The notes under the pieces: model-generated | Told to the model about the DNA's origin: nothing | The model's database searches: none | The model's input: the letters and a program-made list of their open reading frames with translations, nothing else | NCBI GenBank assembly: GCA_041649025.1 | Contig: JBAZNY010000002.1 | Coordinates: forward strand, 2,614 to 66,613 | Direction: 5' to 3' | Source of the DNA: Bdellovibrionales bacterium | Lineage (GTDB): Bacteria > Pseudomonadota > Alphaproteobacteria > UBA9219 | Length of the DNA: 64,000 bases | Made by a program: the position numbers and the translations under genes | In this document: one piece after another, positions 1-9,249 of the stretch | Layout: the number at the start of each line of letters is the position of its first letter | Numbering within the stretch: the first letter of the stretch is position 1

Positions 1-59
1 GCGCCGGAACCAGGAGGATCAAGGAGAAGGTCAAGGTAGTATTTTTTCGGACAATCCGT

Positions 60-293
60 TTAGCTCTTGCGCGCTTCTTTTCTGAGCTTTTCCGGGTTGA
101 GTATTCTTTTTTCGATATCTTTCCATTCCGGCGTTTCTTCATGATAGCCGGCCCATTCAAGCGCGTCCTTGACCTTCGCATTGAGCTCATCCCCGCGCAC
201 AAGCGGCTCACTAAGCCTTCCGCAAGCGTCTAAAAGCTTGAATAAAATGGCTCTTCTGCACGCCTGCATCTTTTCTGTTTTTTCTTTACTCAT
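60..293 (-). CDS. hypothetical small protein (77 aa)
   Basis: Intact ORF on the same strand as the kinase-like ORF 299..967 and only 5 nt downstream of it, so probably co-transcribed. No recognisable motif. Confidence 0.4.
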   Translation of the reverse strand: MSKEKTEKMQACRRAILFKLLDACGRLSEPLVRGDELNAKVKDALEWAGYHEETPEWKDIEKRILNPEKLRKEARKS

Positions 294-298
294 GCCCC

Positions 299-967
299 TT
301 ACCCCTTGTACCGGCGCGCATAGGAACAGTCGAACAACATGACAAGCGCTTCAACCGGCGTATTTTCTTCTTTGTCTCTTTCCTTGTCGGTCAGGCCGAC
401 AAAATTGAACTTGCCGTTTTTAACGTCGCAGAGAAGATCGTTCGATTTCGACGAATCAAGTCGCTTTCCCGCCGCGTTCAGAAACTTCAGGTCTTTGACG
501 AGTTGGACATACGCTTCCTCCGGCATCGCGGCGACGCATTTCATGCTCTGTTCATAAAATCTGTCGTTTTCTTCCTGATCGAACGACGCGGCTTGATCAT
601 CCCTGAGATGCGCGGGCACGCCGACGGGCTTTCCGATTTGCTTGAGGAGTATCAATACGCCGTTTTCAAACACGGCGACGGGCTGTCCGAAATTTCTTCC
701 CTCGAAGCGAAGGTCGTCGATTATTTTCGGAGCGCCGAATTTCCCCGGTTTCGAGAGATCCAGCGAACGCGGAATTTTGACCGCGAAGTTCGGGTAGAGA
801 TCGATGGCGTAGACTTCGGCGTTGATGCCGGAGCCGAGAAAATTCTCTTTTCGCACCGAGGTGCGAATGATTTTCTCGGAGGGCAACGTGCCGGGCGCTA
901 TGGCCGATGACAAGGGATGCATATTTACGGATCCTAAAAAAAACTTTTCGAACGCGTTTTCTAACAT
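299..967 (-). CDS. minimal protein-kinase-like protein (222 aa)
   Basis: Has a Gly-rich loop-like LGSGINAEVY followed by FAVKIP, which resembles the VAIK lysine motif. Also has a catalytic-loop-like D-SSKSN-DLL (D-x-K-x-x-N pattern) and then FNFVGLTD. The fold assignment is motif-based only. Confidence 0.5.
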   Translation of the reverse strand: MLENAFEKFFLGSVNMHPLSSAIAPGTLPSEKIIRTSVRKENFLGSGINAEVYAIDLYPNFAVKIPRSLDLSKPGKFGAPKIIDDLRFEGRNFGQPVAVFENGVLILLKQIGKPVGVPAHLRDDQAASFDQEENDRFYEQSMKCVAAMPEEAYVQLVKDLKFLNAAGKRLDSSKSNDLLCDVKNGKFNFVGLTDKERDKEENTPVEALVMLFDCSYARRYKG

Positions 968-1128
968 AAGAGGGTGAATTTGCCGTTAACCGAGATGGGG
1001 CGTTGATTCTTTTTTCTGCATAATGTTTTGATTAACATGTTGATATATAATGGTTTTGGTGGCGGTAAGATTTTGTTCATTGGTCGATGCAACTGTGCGT
1101 TTGTTCTACTCTGTCTTTTCGCATTTTC

Positions 1129-2094
1129 ATGACAAACCGCCCGCCTAAGCCCTCGTTCCCAAACTGGAAAAAATACGTAGCGATCGCAAGGCCCGATCAC
1201 TGGATCAAAAATATATTCATGATCCCGGGAACCGTTTTGGCTCTTTTGCTCGGCAACGATACCGCGGCTTTTCGTCCCCATACATTCGTCGGCGCCTTTA
1301 TCGTTTTGTGCCTTCTCTCATCTGCAAACTACGTCCTCAACGAGTATTTGGATTCGGCGAGCGACAAATATCATCCCATGAAGTCCAAGCGCGCAGGCGC
1401 GCGCGGAGAATTGACTTTTATTCCTGTCACTGCGCTTTACCTTATTTTGGCGGCGGCGGGGCTTTTGCTCGCGCGACAATTCGGTTTTCTCTTTTTGGCG
1501 ACCTCCGTCGCCTTTCTGGCCATGGGCGTTTTTTATAACCTTGAGCCGGTACGAACCAAGGATCGCGTTTATCTGGACGTTCTTTCGGAAGCTCTTAATA
1601 ATCCTTTGCGGTTTCTTCTGGGGTGGTTCGTCGTCATCGACAACGCCCTGCCCCCTTCGAGCGTGTTGCTTTCGTACTGGATGGGCGGCGCTTTTTTGAT
1701 GGCCATGAAACGCTATTCGGAATACCGGCAATTCGCCGATCCCGCGCATCTCGCGCTTTACCGGAAATCCTTCAAAAAATATAGCGAGGGAAAACTTCTT
1801 CTTTCGTCGTTCTTTTACGCACTGAATGCGACGTTCTTTCTCGGCGTCTTTCTTATCAAATACCGGATCGAATATTTCCTGAGCCTGCCGTTCATTACCC
1901 TTATGTTCGTGTGGTATATGAAAATATCCCTTAAGGAAGATTCGGCGGCGCAGGCTCCTGAAAAGCTCTGCGGGGAAAGAACTTTTCTTCTTTATGTCCT
2001 TTTCCTTTGCGCCCTGCTCGGCGCATTAACGTTTATTGATATTCCGGCTCTGCAAACACTGGTCGAACCCTTGCAATATCAGGATTTCGAGTAG
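1129..2094 (+). CDS. UbiA-family prenyltransferase (decaprenyl-phosphate phosphoribosyltransferase-like), polytopic membrane protein
   Basis: Carries the NxxxDxxxD-type motif NYVLNEYLDSASD and many hydrophobic segments. Start refined to the ATG at 1129 (MTNRPPKP); the ORF track begins at 1087. Confidence 0.75.
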   Translation: MTNRPPKPSFPNWKKYVAIARPDHWIKNIFMIPGTVLALLLGNDTAAFRPHTFVGAFIVLCLLSSANYVLNEYLDSASDKYHPMKSKRAGARGELTFIPVTALYLILAAAGLLLARQFGFLFLATSVAFLAMGVFYNLEPVRTKDRVYLDVLSEALNNPLRFLLGWFVVIDNALPPSSVLLSYWMGGAFLMAMKRYSEYRQFADPAHLALYRKSFKKYSEGKLLLSSFFYALNATFFLGVFLIKYRIEYFLSLPFITLMFVWYMKISLKEDSAAQAPEKLCGERTFLLYVLFLCALLGALTFIDIPALQTLVEPLQYQDFE

Positions 2095-2222
2095 TACTAG
2101 AATTATCCCCACCGCGTTAACCATAAGCGACGAAGGCTGATGAAAGCTTTTGACGATTCCCTTTTTTGGGCTAGAAGTTACCCGTTCTTAGTAGCCCGTT
2201 TTTATATTTTTCATGGAGCACA

Positions 2223-2939
2223 ATGATGCAAAATTCAAATGGTATTCTGACACTAGCCGATGCCTGTTGGTACGATATTTTAGGGACGGTTCCTTCCCGC
2301 GAAGCGAGGATTGATATTCTTGCGGAAGTCATGGGCAGACCAATGTCAAATGCTTCAAGCGTATATACTCTCATTGAAGATACCGTGAGCGATCCGGAAA
2401 TTTGTTCCCCAAAATTTCTTGCAGAGGCCTTAAATCCGAACGCCCTGCATGCCTTCGACCTTCTTGCGGAAGAGGGCAAAGATGTTGCCAATCATATTAA
2501 TGCTCATGGAAGAATCGTCGCCAGAATGAAGAATGGAGAACCCGGAATCATTAATTTGAGAGAGTCGGCCGATGGAGATCCCCTGCATCGGGGAAAGGGG
2601 AAAAAGCCCTTTACAATTCTCGATATGGTTTTGCTCATCAAGCGCGCACAGCCTTTGGACTGCATCAAGAAAGAGAATTATCTTACTATTCCCTGCGATG
2701 TTCCTGAAGAAGGGTTTAAACAACTGCTCAATTTGGGTCCTCAACTGAGCACCTTTATCCAGGGGTTATCGATTTCGCATGGGATTAATGACTTGGATCT
2801 TAATCCAAAAACAAAACAGGAAGGTATTAAAGCCGTCGAACGTTTTCTTACAAAGCCCGCGGTTCATTCGTTTGCGGTCAGGAAGGCCTGGTTTAACGTT
2901 TCCCCTGTGCGCCAAAGCGCTACGGCCAACCTTCCCTAA
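2223..2939 (+). CDS. hypothetical protein (238 aa)
   Basis: Intact ORF with an ATGATG start, followed by a strong hairpin terminator. No recognisable domain. Confidence 0.5.
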   Translation: MMQNSNGILTLADACWYDILGTVPSREARIDILAEVMGRPMSNASSVYTLIEDTVSDPEICSPKFLAEALNPNALHAFDLLAEEGKDVANHINAHGRIVARMKNGEPGIINLRESADGDPLHRGKGKKPFTILDMVLLIKRAQPLDCIKKENYLTIPCDVPEEGFKQLLNLGPQLSTFIQGLSISHGINDLDLNPKTKQEGIKAVERFLTKPAVHSFAVRKAWFNVSPVRQSATANLP

Positions 2940-2962
2940 GGTTCATTCAAGATCAAGAAAGC

Positions 2963-2996
2963 AAAAACCCCTCTTCTTCAGGAAGAGGGGTTTTTT
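2963..2996. terminator. bidirectional rho-independent terminator between ORF 2223..2939 and infA
   Basis: An A-run (2963-2967) precedes the stem CCCCTCTTC (2968-2976), loop TTCAG, stem GAAGAGGGG (2982-2990) and a T-run (2991-2996). Confidence 0.8.
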
Positions 2997-3013
2997 ATTT
3001 GCCTATATCCAGC

Positions 3014-3232
3014 TTATTTATGGCGGAAGGTGATGCGGCCTTTGCTGAGGTCGTAAGGAGTCATTTCAACGTTGACCTTGTCCCCCGTCAGAACGCGGAT
3101 GCGGTTCTTGCGCATTTTTCCCGACGTGTGTGCCAACACTTCGTGCCCGTTGTCCAGCTTGACGCGAAACATCGCGTTCGGAAGAATTTCGGAAACGGTG
3201 CCTTCAAATTCGAGGAGGTCTTCTTTGGCCAT
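3014..3232 (-). CDS. infA: translation initiation factor IF-1
   Basis: The 72-aa product [72 protein letters not shown] is a near-canonical IF-1 S1-fold sequence. Confidence 0.97.
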   Translation of the reverse strand: MAKEDLLEFEGTVSEILPNAMFRVKLDNGHEVLAHTSGKMRKNRIRVLTGDKVNVEMTPYDLSKGRITFRHK

Positions 3233-3351
3233 AATTAATCGTCGGGGTTATTGGTTAAGTACTATTGGTTTTTTTCGAGGGAAGGATTATCAGGAATCGC
3301 GCAGAAGGTAAAGGGCTGTGAATTAAGGCGTTTTCCGCCCCTATTCCTAAG

Positions 3352-3849
3352 CTATTTCTTTTTGGCCTTTTCCTCGGTGAGAAAGCGCGACACGTCGGCC
3401 AGCAGGGCTTTGCCCGTTTTTCCGCCATCGTCCTTAATTTCGTTCCTGATGCAATAAGTCAGGGCTTGCGTTAAATCGTTGATGAGCGCCAGACGGACGG
3501 CTTTGTTCTGCTCGTCGCGGCACGTTTCCATAATGTGGGCGCAGATTTTCCGGATGAGCGGGTATCCGTAAATTTCCACCTCGCCCTTGATATTCGAGGC
3601 GATGGTCGCGACGATCGGCACCGACGCCTCCGAGCTTGCGACAGCATCGACCAGCGCCGACAGTTTCTTGATTTCTTCCTCCGCCGAGGCAAAAAAGCTT
3701 TCGCGGCTGATTTCGATAACCCTGTTCCCCGCAGCGATTTTTTCCGGCGTAAAAACGTCCTCAAGCGGCACCTGCACGCCGATAATTTTTTTAAGCGCAA
3801 AATCCGGTTCATACCCCTTGGGGTTATTTGTCTCTCCGGCGGTATTCAT
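3352..3849 (-). CDS. hypothetical protein, possibly a helical-bundle (Hpt-like) partner of the upstream response regulator
   Basis: Start placed at the ATG at 3849 (MNTAGE), 20 nt after the upstream gene's stop; the ORF track extends to 3948. The segment IASNIKGEVEIYGYPLIRKICAHI resembles the Hpt H-x-x-KG region but has Asn where the His would be. The resemblance is weak. Confidence 0.45.
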   Translation of the reverse strand: MNTAGETNNPKGYEPDFALKKIIGVQVPLEDVFTPEKIAAGNRVIEISRESFFASAEEEIKKLSALVDAVASSEASVPIVATIASNIKGEVEIYGYPLIRKICAHIMETCRDEQNKAVRLALINDLTQALTYCIRNEIKDDGGKTGKALLADVSRFLTEEKAKKK

Positions 3850-3871
3850 GTTCGGGATATCCTTATGCAAT

Positions 3872-4513
3872 TTAATTGAAGTGCTCATCAAGGCGGAACA
3901 GGCGGACGTCGCGCCTGCGCCGTTCGACGCCATTTTCCGGCAAAGCATTTTTAACTTTGCGGCGGCAAGGGCCTTTATACGTCGATGCCGTAATAAACGG
4001 GCGCGGCGTGTCGATAATCTTCATGATCTTCCGGCATAAATCGTCGGCGGAGAACGGCTTGATCACGACCTCGTTCACGCCCGAGTCCCGCGCCTGCGAG
4101 ATATTGTCGTGACTCGCCAGGCGCAACAGCATGATGACGGGCACAAACGGATTTGGCGCCGTGGAGGAAAAACGTAGTCCTTTTACGAACTGTGCCCCGT
4201 TCAAGGATTTGACTTCCGGTTTTGGGGCGGCTTCGTCGTCTGACGGAGGCTTTGTCGGAACATACAATTCCCAATCCGTAAAGATCAGGTCGATACGCAC
4301 TTCGCGAAGAAGCTGAGCTCCTTCCAACCCATTGTGCGCGATGAAAACATTTTTGAAGCCAAGTTGGTTCAGAATGGATTTAATGAGCTCACCGGACTTG
4401 GAGCTGCCGTCGACGACCATCAAATTGATTCGATCCAGTTTGTTGTCCGTGTTTTTTTTGGCGGTAACCGGTTTGCGACTATTTGTATCTGTGGTCTGTT
4501 GGATTTCCAGCAT
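3872..4513 (-). CDS. response regulator, receiver domain with an internal insertion and a basic C-terminal tail
   Basis: Receiver landmarks are NLMVVDGS, the phospho-acceptor region DLIFTDWEL and VVIKPF. A Pro/acidic-rich insertion (YVPTKPPSDDEAAPKPEVKS) follows the acceptor Asp. The C-terminus contains GPCRRKV...ERRRRD. Confidence 0.8.
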   Translation of the reverse strand: MLEIQQTTDTNSRKPVTAKKNTDNKLDRINLMVVDGSSKSGELIKSILNQLGFKNVFIAHNGLEGAQLLREVRIDLIFTDWELYVPTKPPSDDEAAPKPEVKSLNGAQFVKGLRFSSTAPNPFVPVIMLLRLASHDNISQARDSGVNEVVIKPFSADDLCRKIMKIIDTPRPFITASTYKGPCRRKVKNALPENGVERRRRDVRLFRLDEHFN

Positions 4514-4775
4514 TTGAGAATTTCCTTTTACAAAGAAAGTCTACGTACGTGTGTCATGGGTGCGTCAGTATGGCAAAGCAGATACGAGGGTGTGCGAAAG
4601 CAAGCATAAAAACACACTGGGGCGTTCGTGGAATACGGGTGTAAGAATCAACCAGAAGGGGTTAATTTTGGTTTAAATTTTCCCGTTCTGCTAGAGATTT
4701 GAATTTTCACAATATTCTGCTTCTCTCTCGCCGCATGTGTATTGCGCAAACAAAAAAGGCAATATTTGCAGAGAA

Positions 4776-5213
4776 TTAGGGCTTTTTCTTTGTCTCGTTG
4801 TCGTGATGCGGATGGCACAGAGCCGGCCACGGCTCGCCAAAATCCTCGACAATCGCCGTCCAGTCCCCCAGATCGAGGCGGATGCGCGCGTCTCCTGCAA
4901 AGATAAGGTTCAATACACGCGCAGGTTCTAAAATAATTGCCAAGAGATCCAGAATACTTTCGGACTCTTTCCGGTCAATGCCGTGCGTATGGACGCTCTT
5001 AACGCCGTTCATGGTCAAGGCGCAGCAAATGCGTTCCGACGCTCCTGTGTCTCCCGCCTCGCGGCGCAGACGCTGCGTCACGAGAATGAACGTTTCTGCA
5101 TTTTGTTGAAACGCGATGTCGCAGACCGGCACTATCGAATCCTGCAAGACCGCCGAGATCACTTGGATGTCTTCGGCATCTTTAGCCCGAAGTTTGAGCT
5201 TCTCGTCGCTCAT
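4776..5213 (-). CDS. DUF2948-family protein
   Basis: The sequence from [33 protein letters not shown] resembles the alphaproteobacterial DUF2948 protein usually found next to murA. The ATG at 5213 overlaps the murA stop as ATGA. The ORF track starts at 5249. Confidence 0.75.
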   Translation of the reverse strand: MSDEKLKLRAKDAEDIQVISAVLQDSIVPVCDIAFQQNAETFILVTQRLRREAGDTGASERICCALTMNGVKSVHTHGIDRKESESILDLLAIILEPARVLNLIFAGDARIRLDLGDWTAIVEDFGEPWPALCHPHHDNETKKKP

Positions 5214-6496
5214 GCCGCCGCCCTGATCCTCTCGATGTTCGCGCCGCATGCCGCAAGCTTTTCTTCAAGCCTTTCGTACCCGCGATCGAGATGATAGATG
5301 CGGTTAAGCGTCGTTTCCCCCTGCGCGGCCAATCCCGCCAACGCCAACGACACCGAAGCGCGTAAATCCGTCGCCATGACCGGCGCTCCCGTCAGGAACG
5401 GAACGCCGCGCACGAGAGCCGACGATCCATGGACTGTGATATTCGCGCCCATGCGTTTAAGCTCCGGCACGTGCATGAAGCGATTTTCGAATATCGTTTC
5501 GGTAATCATCGACGCGCCGGTCGCCACACACATCAGCGCCATCATCTGCGCCTGCAGATCCGTCGGAAAGCCCGGATACGGCTCCGTCATCACGTCTGTG
5601 CCTTTTAAAATTCCGGGACAACGCACAAAAAGGCCTTGGGGCGTTTCGGTCATCTCAATACCGGCATTGGCAAGGATAATCGCGACGCTGTTGAGATGCT
5701 CAAGCTTCGCGCCGATCAGCTCAACCTCGCCTTCCGTAATCGCGGCAGCCATGGCAAATGTCCCCGCTTCGATGCGGTCGGGAACGACGCTGTGCTTGGC
5801 GCTGTGAAGCTTGTCCTTGCCGACGATGCGCAGACGATCGGAGCCGATGCCGTCGATCTCAGCGCCCATCGCCACAAGGCAGTGCGCGAGATCGATGACT
5901 TCGGGTTCACGCGCGGCATTGACGATTGTGCTTTCGCCGGAAGCCAGCGTCGCCGCCATCATCGCGTTTTCGGTTCCCGTGACCGTAACCATCGGGAATA
6001 CAATTTCGCCGCCGCGCAAACCTTGCGGCGCGCTTGCGTTGATATATCCGTTGTCGAGATTTATTTCTGCCCCGAGTTTACGCAAAGCTTCTATGTGCAA
6101 GTCCACCGGACGCGACCCAATGGCGCAACCACCTGGAAGCGAAACCTTGGCTTCATGCGCCCGCGCAAGGAGCGGCCCAAGCACGAGAATGCTGGCGCGC
6201 ATTTTGCGCACCAGATCGTACGGCGCCGTAACGCCGGAAAGATTAGCCGCTTTCAGCTCGACCACGCGGCCCGCATGCACTCCTGCCGCCATGCCGTTCA
6301 GGCCGATGTCTACACCCAATTGCCCCAAAAGCTTCGACATCGTCACAATATCCGCAAGGTGCGGCACATTGCTGAGCGTTAGCATCTCATCGGTCAAAAG
6401 GCTCGCAGCCAGCAAAGGCAGCGAGGCGTTTTTCGCGCCCGAAATGTGGATTTTGCCCTTAAGCTGCTGGCCGCCGGTGATGCGAATTCTGTCCAT
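5210..6496 (-). CDS. murA: UDP-N-acetylglucosamine 1-carboxyvinyltransferase
   Basis: The 428-aa product begins [34 protein letters not shown] and contains [16 protein letters not shown] with the catalytic Cys. Full-length MurA signature. Confidence 0.97.
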   Translation of the reverse strand: MDRIRITGGQQLKGKIHISGAKNASLPLLAASLLTDEMLTLSNVPHLADIVTMSKLLGQLGVDIGLNGMAAGVHAGRVVELKAANLSGVTAPYDLVRKMRASILVLGPLLARAHEAKVSLPGGCAIGSRPVDLHIEALRKLGAEINLDNGYINASAPQGLRGGEIVFPMVTVTGTENAMMAATLASGESTIVNAAREPEVIDLAHCLVAMGAEIDGIGSDRLRIVGKDKLHSAKHSVVPDRIEAGTFAMAAAITEGEVELIGAKLEHLNSVAIILANAGIEMTETPQGLFVRCPGILKGTDVMTEPYPGFPTDLQAQMMALMCVATGASMITETIFENRFMHVPELKRMGANITVHGSSALVRGVPFLTGAPVMATDLRASVSLALAGLAAQGETTLNRIYHLDRGYERLEEKLAACGANIERIRAAA

Positions 6497-6500
6497 TTAT

Positions 6501-7097
6501 TTACGCCCTTTTTACAAGTGGGCGCGACTGCTCTGCGCTCTTTTCCATACGCGGCAGCGTGACGCCCGTCTGTTTCATGTACTTGCCGCCGCGATCCGCA
6601 TACGACGTTTCGCATAAACTATCGGCTTTTAAAAACAAGAATTGGGAGATGCCTTCGTTCGCGTAGACTTTCGCGGGCAATGGAGTCGTGTTCGAGATTT
6701 CGAGCGTCACGTGGCCTTCCCATTCAGGCTCTAGCGGCGTGACGTTGACGATTAAGCCGCAACGCGCATATGTGGATTTGCCGAGGCACACGACCAGAAC
6801 GTCGCGCGGGATTTTGAAGTATTCGACTGTGTGCGCCAGAACAAACGAGTTCGGCGGAATGATGCAAACATCGGCCTTGCGCGTCACAAAACTATTTTCA
6901 CAAAAATTCTTGGGATCGACGAGCGCGTTATCGATGTTCGTAAAGATCTTGAAGTCGTCCGCCACACGCGCGTCGTAGCCGTACGACGAAAGGCCATAAG
7001 AAATGACGCCTTGCCGTTGCAGCTTTTCTTCGAACGGCGTTATCATTCCCTGCTCAAGGGCGGCTTTTCTAATCCAATGATCAGGCATTACGGGCAT
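6501..7097 (-). CDS. dcd: dCTP deaminase
   Basis: The product begins [45 protein letters not shown] and contains the GxVTLEISN region, as in Dcd. Its C-terminal tail ([15 protein letters not shown]) runs into an 18-nt repeat; see findings. Confidence 0.92.
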   Translation of the reverse strand: MPVMPDHWIRKAALEQGMITPFEEKLQRQGVISYGLSSYGYDARVADDFKIFTNIDNALVDPKNFCENSFVTRKADVCIIPPNSFVLAHTVEYFKIPRDVLVVCLGKSTYARCGLIVNVTPLEPEWEGHVTLEISNTTPLPAKVYANEGISQFLFLKADSLCETSYADRGGKYMKQTGVTLPRMEKSAEQSRPLVKRA

Positions 7098-7215
7098 AGT
7101 ACATCTTCCTTTAAGATATATTTAGGGCGCGACTGCTCTGCGGTACACTCGCGTTGCTCGTTCCCCGCAACCGCGACTGCGCCCAAGCGTATCCAATGAT
7201 CGGGCATTACGGGCA

Positions 7216-7368
7216 TTATTCTTTATCCTTATTCTTCAATTTTTCGTTTTTAACATCGCGCGTTCGGAGCTGTTGTTTACGCTTACCTAAATTCTCGCGC
7301 AAGGCTGCGGCTACGCGATCCTCGCGGGTAAGCTTATTTTGCTGTTTATTCTTAAGATTCGCACCCAT
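7216..7368 (-). CDS. small basic protein (50 aa), absent from the ORF track because it is under 60 aa
   Basis: Hand translation gives MGANLKNKQQNKLTREDRVAAALRENLGKRKQQLRTRDVKNEKLKNKDKE. The AALRENL-x-RK core resembles small conserved proteins seen in alphaproteobacteria (from memory). The TAA stop overlaps a degenerate dcd-like ATG. Confidence 0.4.
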   Translation of the reverse strand: MGANLKNKQQNKLTREDRVAAALRENLGKRKQQLRTRDVKNEKLKNKDKE

Positions 7369-7466
7369 TTCCTCTTTTTAAAGGGTTTTAGGAACGTAAG
7401 CTAGGTTAAAACTCTGGAAATTATATGCCATTCTTGCTAACCCGTTAGACCTCGAAAGGCACAAGA

Positions 7467-8279
7467 ATGCGCACGACTATCGTTATTCCCGCCCGTTATG
7501 GTTCGACGCGGTTGCCCGGCAAGCCTTTGGCGATGATCGCAGGGCAAACCATGCTTCAACGCGTCATCCGTATCGCGCAAGCCGCCGCGAAGGGCGACCT
7601 TAATGTCGATATTCTGGTCGCTACGGACGATCAACGCATCGCCAAGCATGCCGAAGAACTCGGCGAGGCCTCTGCCCTGACGCCGGAATCCTGCCCCACA
7701 GGAACCGACAGGGTTCAGGCCGCCATTGCCCAGATGGAAATTAAACCGGATTTTATCCTGAACCTTCAGGGCGACGCGCCTTTGACGCCGCCAGACTTCA
7801 TTCGCGCGATGATCGACTCTTTCGCAAAAAATCCCGTCGATCTCGTGACTCCCGTCACGCAAATGACGTGGGAGCAACTCGATAAATTGCGCGAGAACAA
7901 GCTCACGACCCCTTTCAGCGGCACGACAGTCGCTTTCAACGAAAAAACGGGGTTAGCGTACTGGTTTTCGAAAAACATTATTCCTGCCGTTCGCAAAGAA
8001 AAGGAATTGCGCGAAAAGTCCCCTCTGTCGCCCGTCTGGCGGCACATCGGCATATACGGCTACAGCAAGAAGATGCTGGAAAAATTCCCGCTTCTTTCCG
8101 AAGGCAAGTTCGAAAAACTGGAAGGTTTGGAACAGCTTCGCCTTCTGGAGCATGGTTATAAAATTCGCTGCATTCCCGTCGATTACGCAGGACGCGCGAA
8201 TATGTCGGGCGTCGACAGCCCCGAAGACATCACCCGCGCCGAAGCTCTCATCGTCAAACATGGGGAGTTGTTATCATGA
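7467..8279 (+). CDS. kdsB: 3-deoxy-manno-octulosonate cytidylyltransferase (CMP-Kdo synthetase)
   Basis: The N-terminus MRTTIVIPARYGSTRLPGKPLAMIAGQTMLQRV and overall length match KdsB. Confidence 0.92.
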   Translation: MRTTIVIPARYGSTRLPGKPLAMIAGQTMLQRVIRIAQAAAKGDLNVDILVATDDQRIAKHAEELGEASALTPESCPTGTDRVQAAIAQMEIKPDFILNLQGDAPLTPPDFIRAMIDSFAKNPVDLVTPVTQMTWEQLDKLRENKLTTPFSGTTVAFNEKTGLAYWFSKNIIPAVRKEKELREKSPLSPVWRHIGIYGYSKKMLEKFPLLSEGKFEKLEGLEQLRLLEHGYKIRCIPVDYAGRANMSGVDSPEDITRAEALIVKHGELLS

Positions 8280-8896
8280 AAACGACACTTATGGTTGCAC
8301 GCCATGGCAATACGTTTTCTCCTGGCGATGTCGTCACACGCGTCGGCGCACGCACAGATATGCCCCTTTCTCCAAGCGGCTTGGTTCAGGGACGCAAATT
8401 GGGGCTTTATTTACGCGAGCTTTTTTTGCTGCCCGATGTCGTTTTTACATCGGCGCTTATGCGCACAAAACAAACGGCGGAACAGGCTTTTTCGGCAGCA
8501 AATGTGACGCGAAGCATCACCGTCGATCCAATGTTCAACGAAATCGATTATGGAATTGACGAAAACCATCCTGAGGAAGAAGTCGTCGCCCGCATCGGCG
8601 CGGAGGCCCTGAAAGCGTGGGACGAAGACGCCGTTGTTCCCAATGGCTGGAAAGTCGATGTTCAGGCGATTATCGGGGGATGGATTGATTTCGGCAAACA
8701 CATTGTGCGCGATCATGCCGGGAAAAAAATTCTCGTCGTCACAAGTAATGGTATTGCGCATTTTGCCCCCTACCTAACTGGAGATTTTCAAACCTTCCGC
8801 CGCGACCATAAACTGAAAATATCGACAGGAGCTTTGTGCGTTTTCGCGCACGAAGCCGACGCTTGGCGCGTTGAAGGCTGGAATATCAAGCCGTGA
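8276..8896 (+). CDS. histidine phosphatase family protein (phosphoglycerate-mutase-like)
   Basis: Has the RHG catalytic motif (VARHGNT) near the N-terminus. The start overlaps the kdsB stop as ATGA. Confidence 0.75.
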   Translation: MKTTLMVARHGNTFSPGDVVTRVGARTDMPLSPSGLVQGRKLGLYLRELFLLPDVVFTSALMRTKQTAEQAFSAANVTRSITVDPMFNEIDYGIDENHPEEEVVARIGAEALKAWDEDAVVPNGWKVDVQAIIGGWIDFGKHIVRDHAGKKILVVTSNGIAHFAPYLTGDFQTFRRDHKLKISTGALCVFAHEADAWRVEGWNIKP

Positions 8897-8952
8897 CTTG
8901 AATCCTTTGCCAAGTCAGGCAATATACAAGCAAACCTTTAGGAACCCAAAAC

Positions 8953-9249
8953 ATGGAAAATATTCTTACCTGGCTTTCAGCCCATCTCACGCTGTGGACG
9001 TTTATCGGCCTTTTCGGGCAAAGCTTGTTTATGATGCGCTTTATCATGCAGTGGCTTGCCAGCGAACGGGTCAAGCAAAGCATTGTGCCAAATATTTTCT
9101 GGTACTTTAGCCTTGGCGGTGGCTTAATCCTCTTTGTCTATGCCGTCCATCAACAAGACTTGGTTTTCATGATTGGCCAAGGCTTGGGAATGTTCATCTA
9201 TATGCGCAACATCTACTTCATCCGCAAACGAGCAAGTGTCCATGCTTAA
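8953..9249 (+). CDS. lipid A biosynthesis N-terminal (LabN-like) domain membrane protein
   Basis: The 98-aa product has three hydrophobic segments and the sequence FGQSLFMMRFIMQWLASERVKQSIVPNIFWYFSLGGG, typical of the LAB_N family. Confidence 0.75.
   Translation: MENILTWLSAHLTLWTFIGLFGQSLFMMRFIMQWLASERVKQSIVPNIFWYFSLGGGLILFVYAVHQQDLVFMIGQGLGMFIYMRNIYFIRKRASVHA

Noticed and set aside
1087-1128. Upstream extensions in the ORF track: 1087 for the UbiA-family gene, 9173 for the ArnT-like gene, 11022 for PAP2, 14056 for def, 15630 for truA, 19836 for the ATPase, 22738 for the MshI-like ORF, 29322 for asd, 50651 for gpt, 51233 for rhuM and 54272 for rlmI.
   Set aside because: These extensions overlap the preceding gene or lack homologous N-terminal sequence. 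Internal ATG or GTG codons that give stop/start overlaps, RBS spacing or canonical N-termini were preferred. The choices remain predictions.
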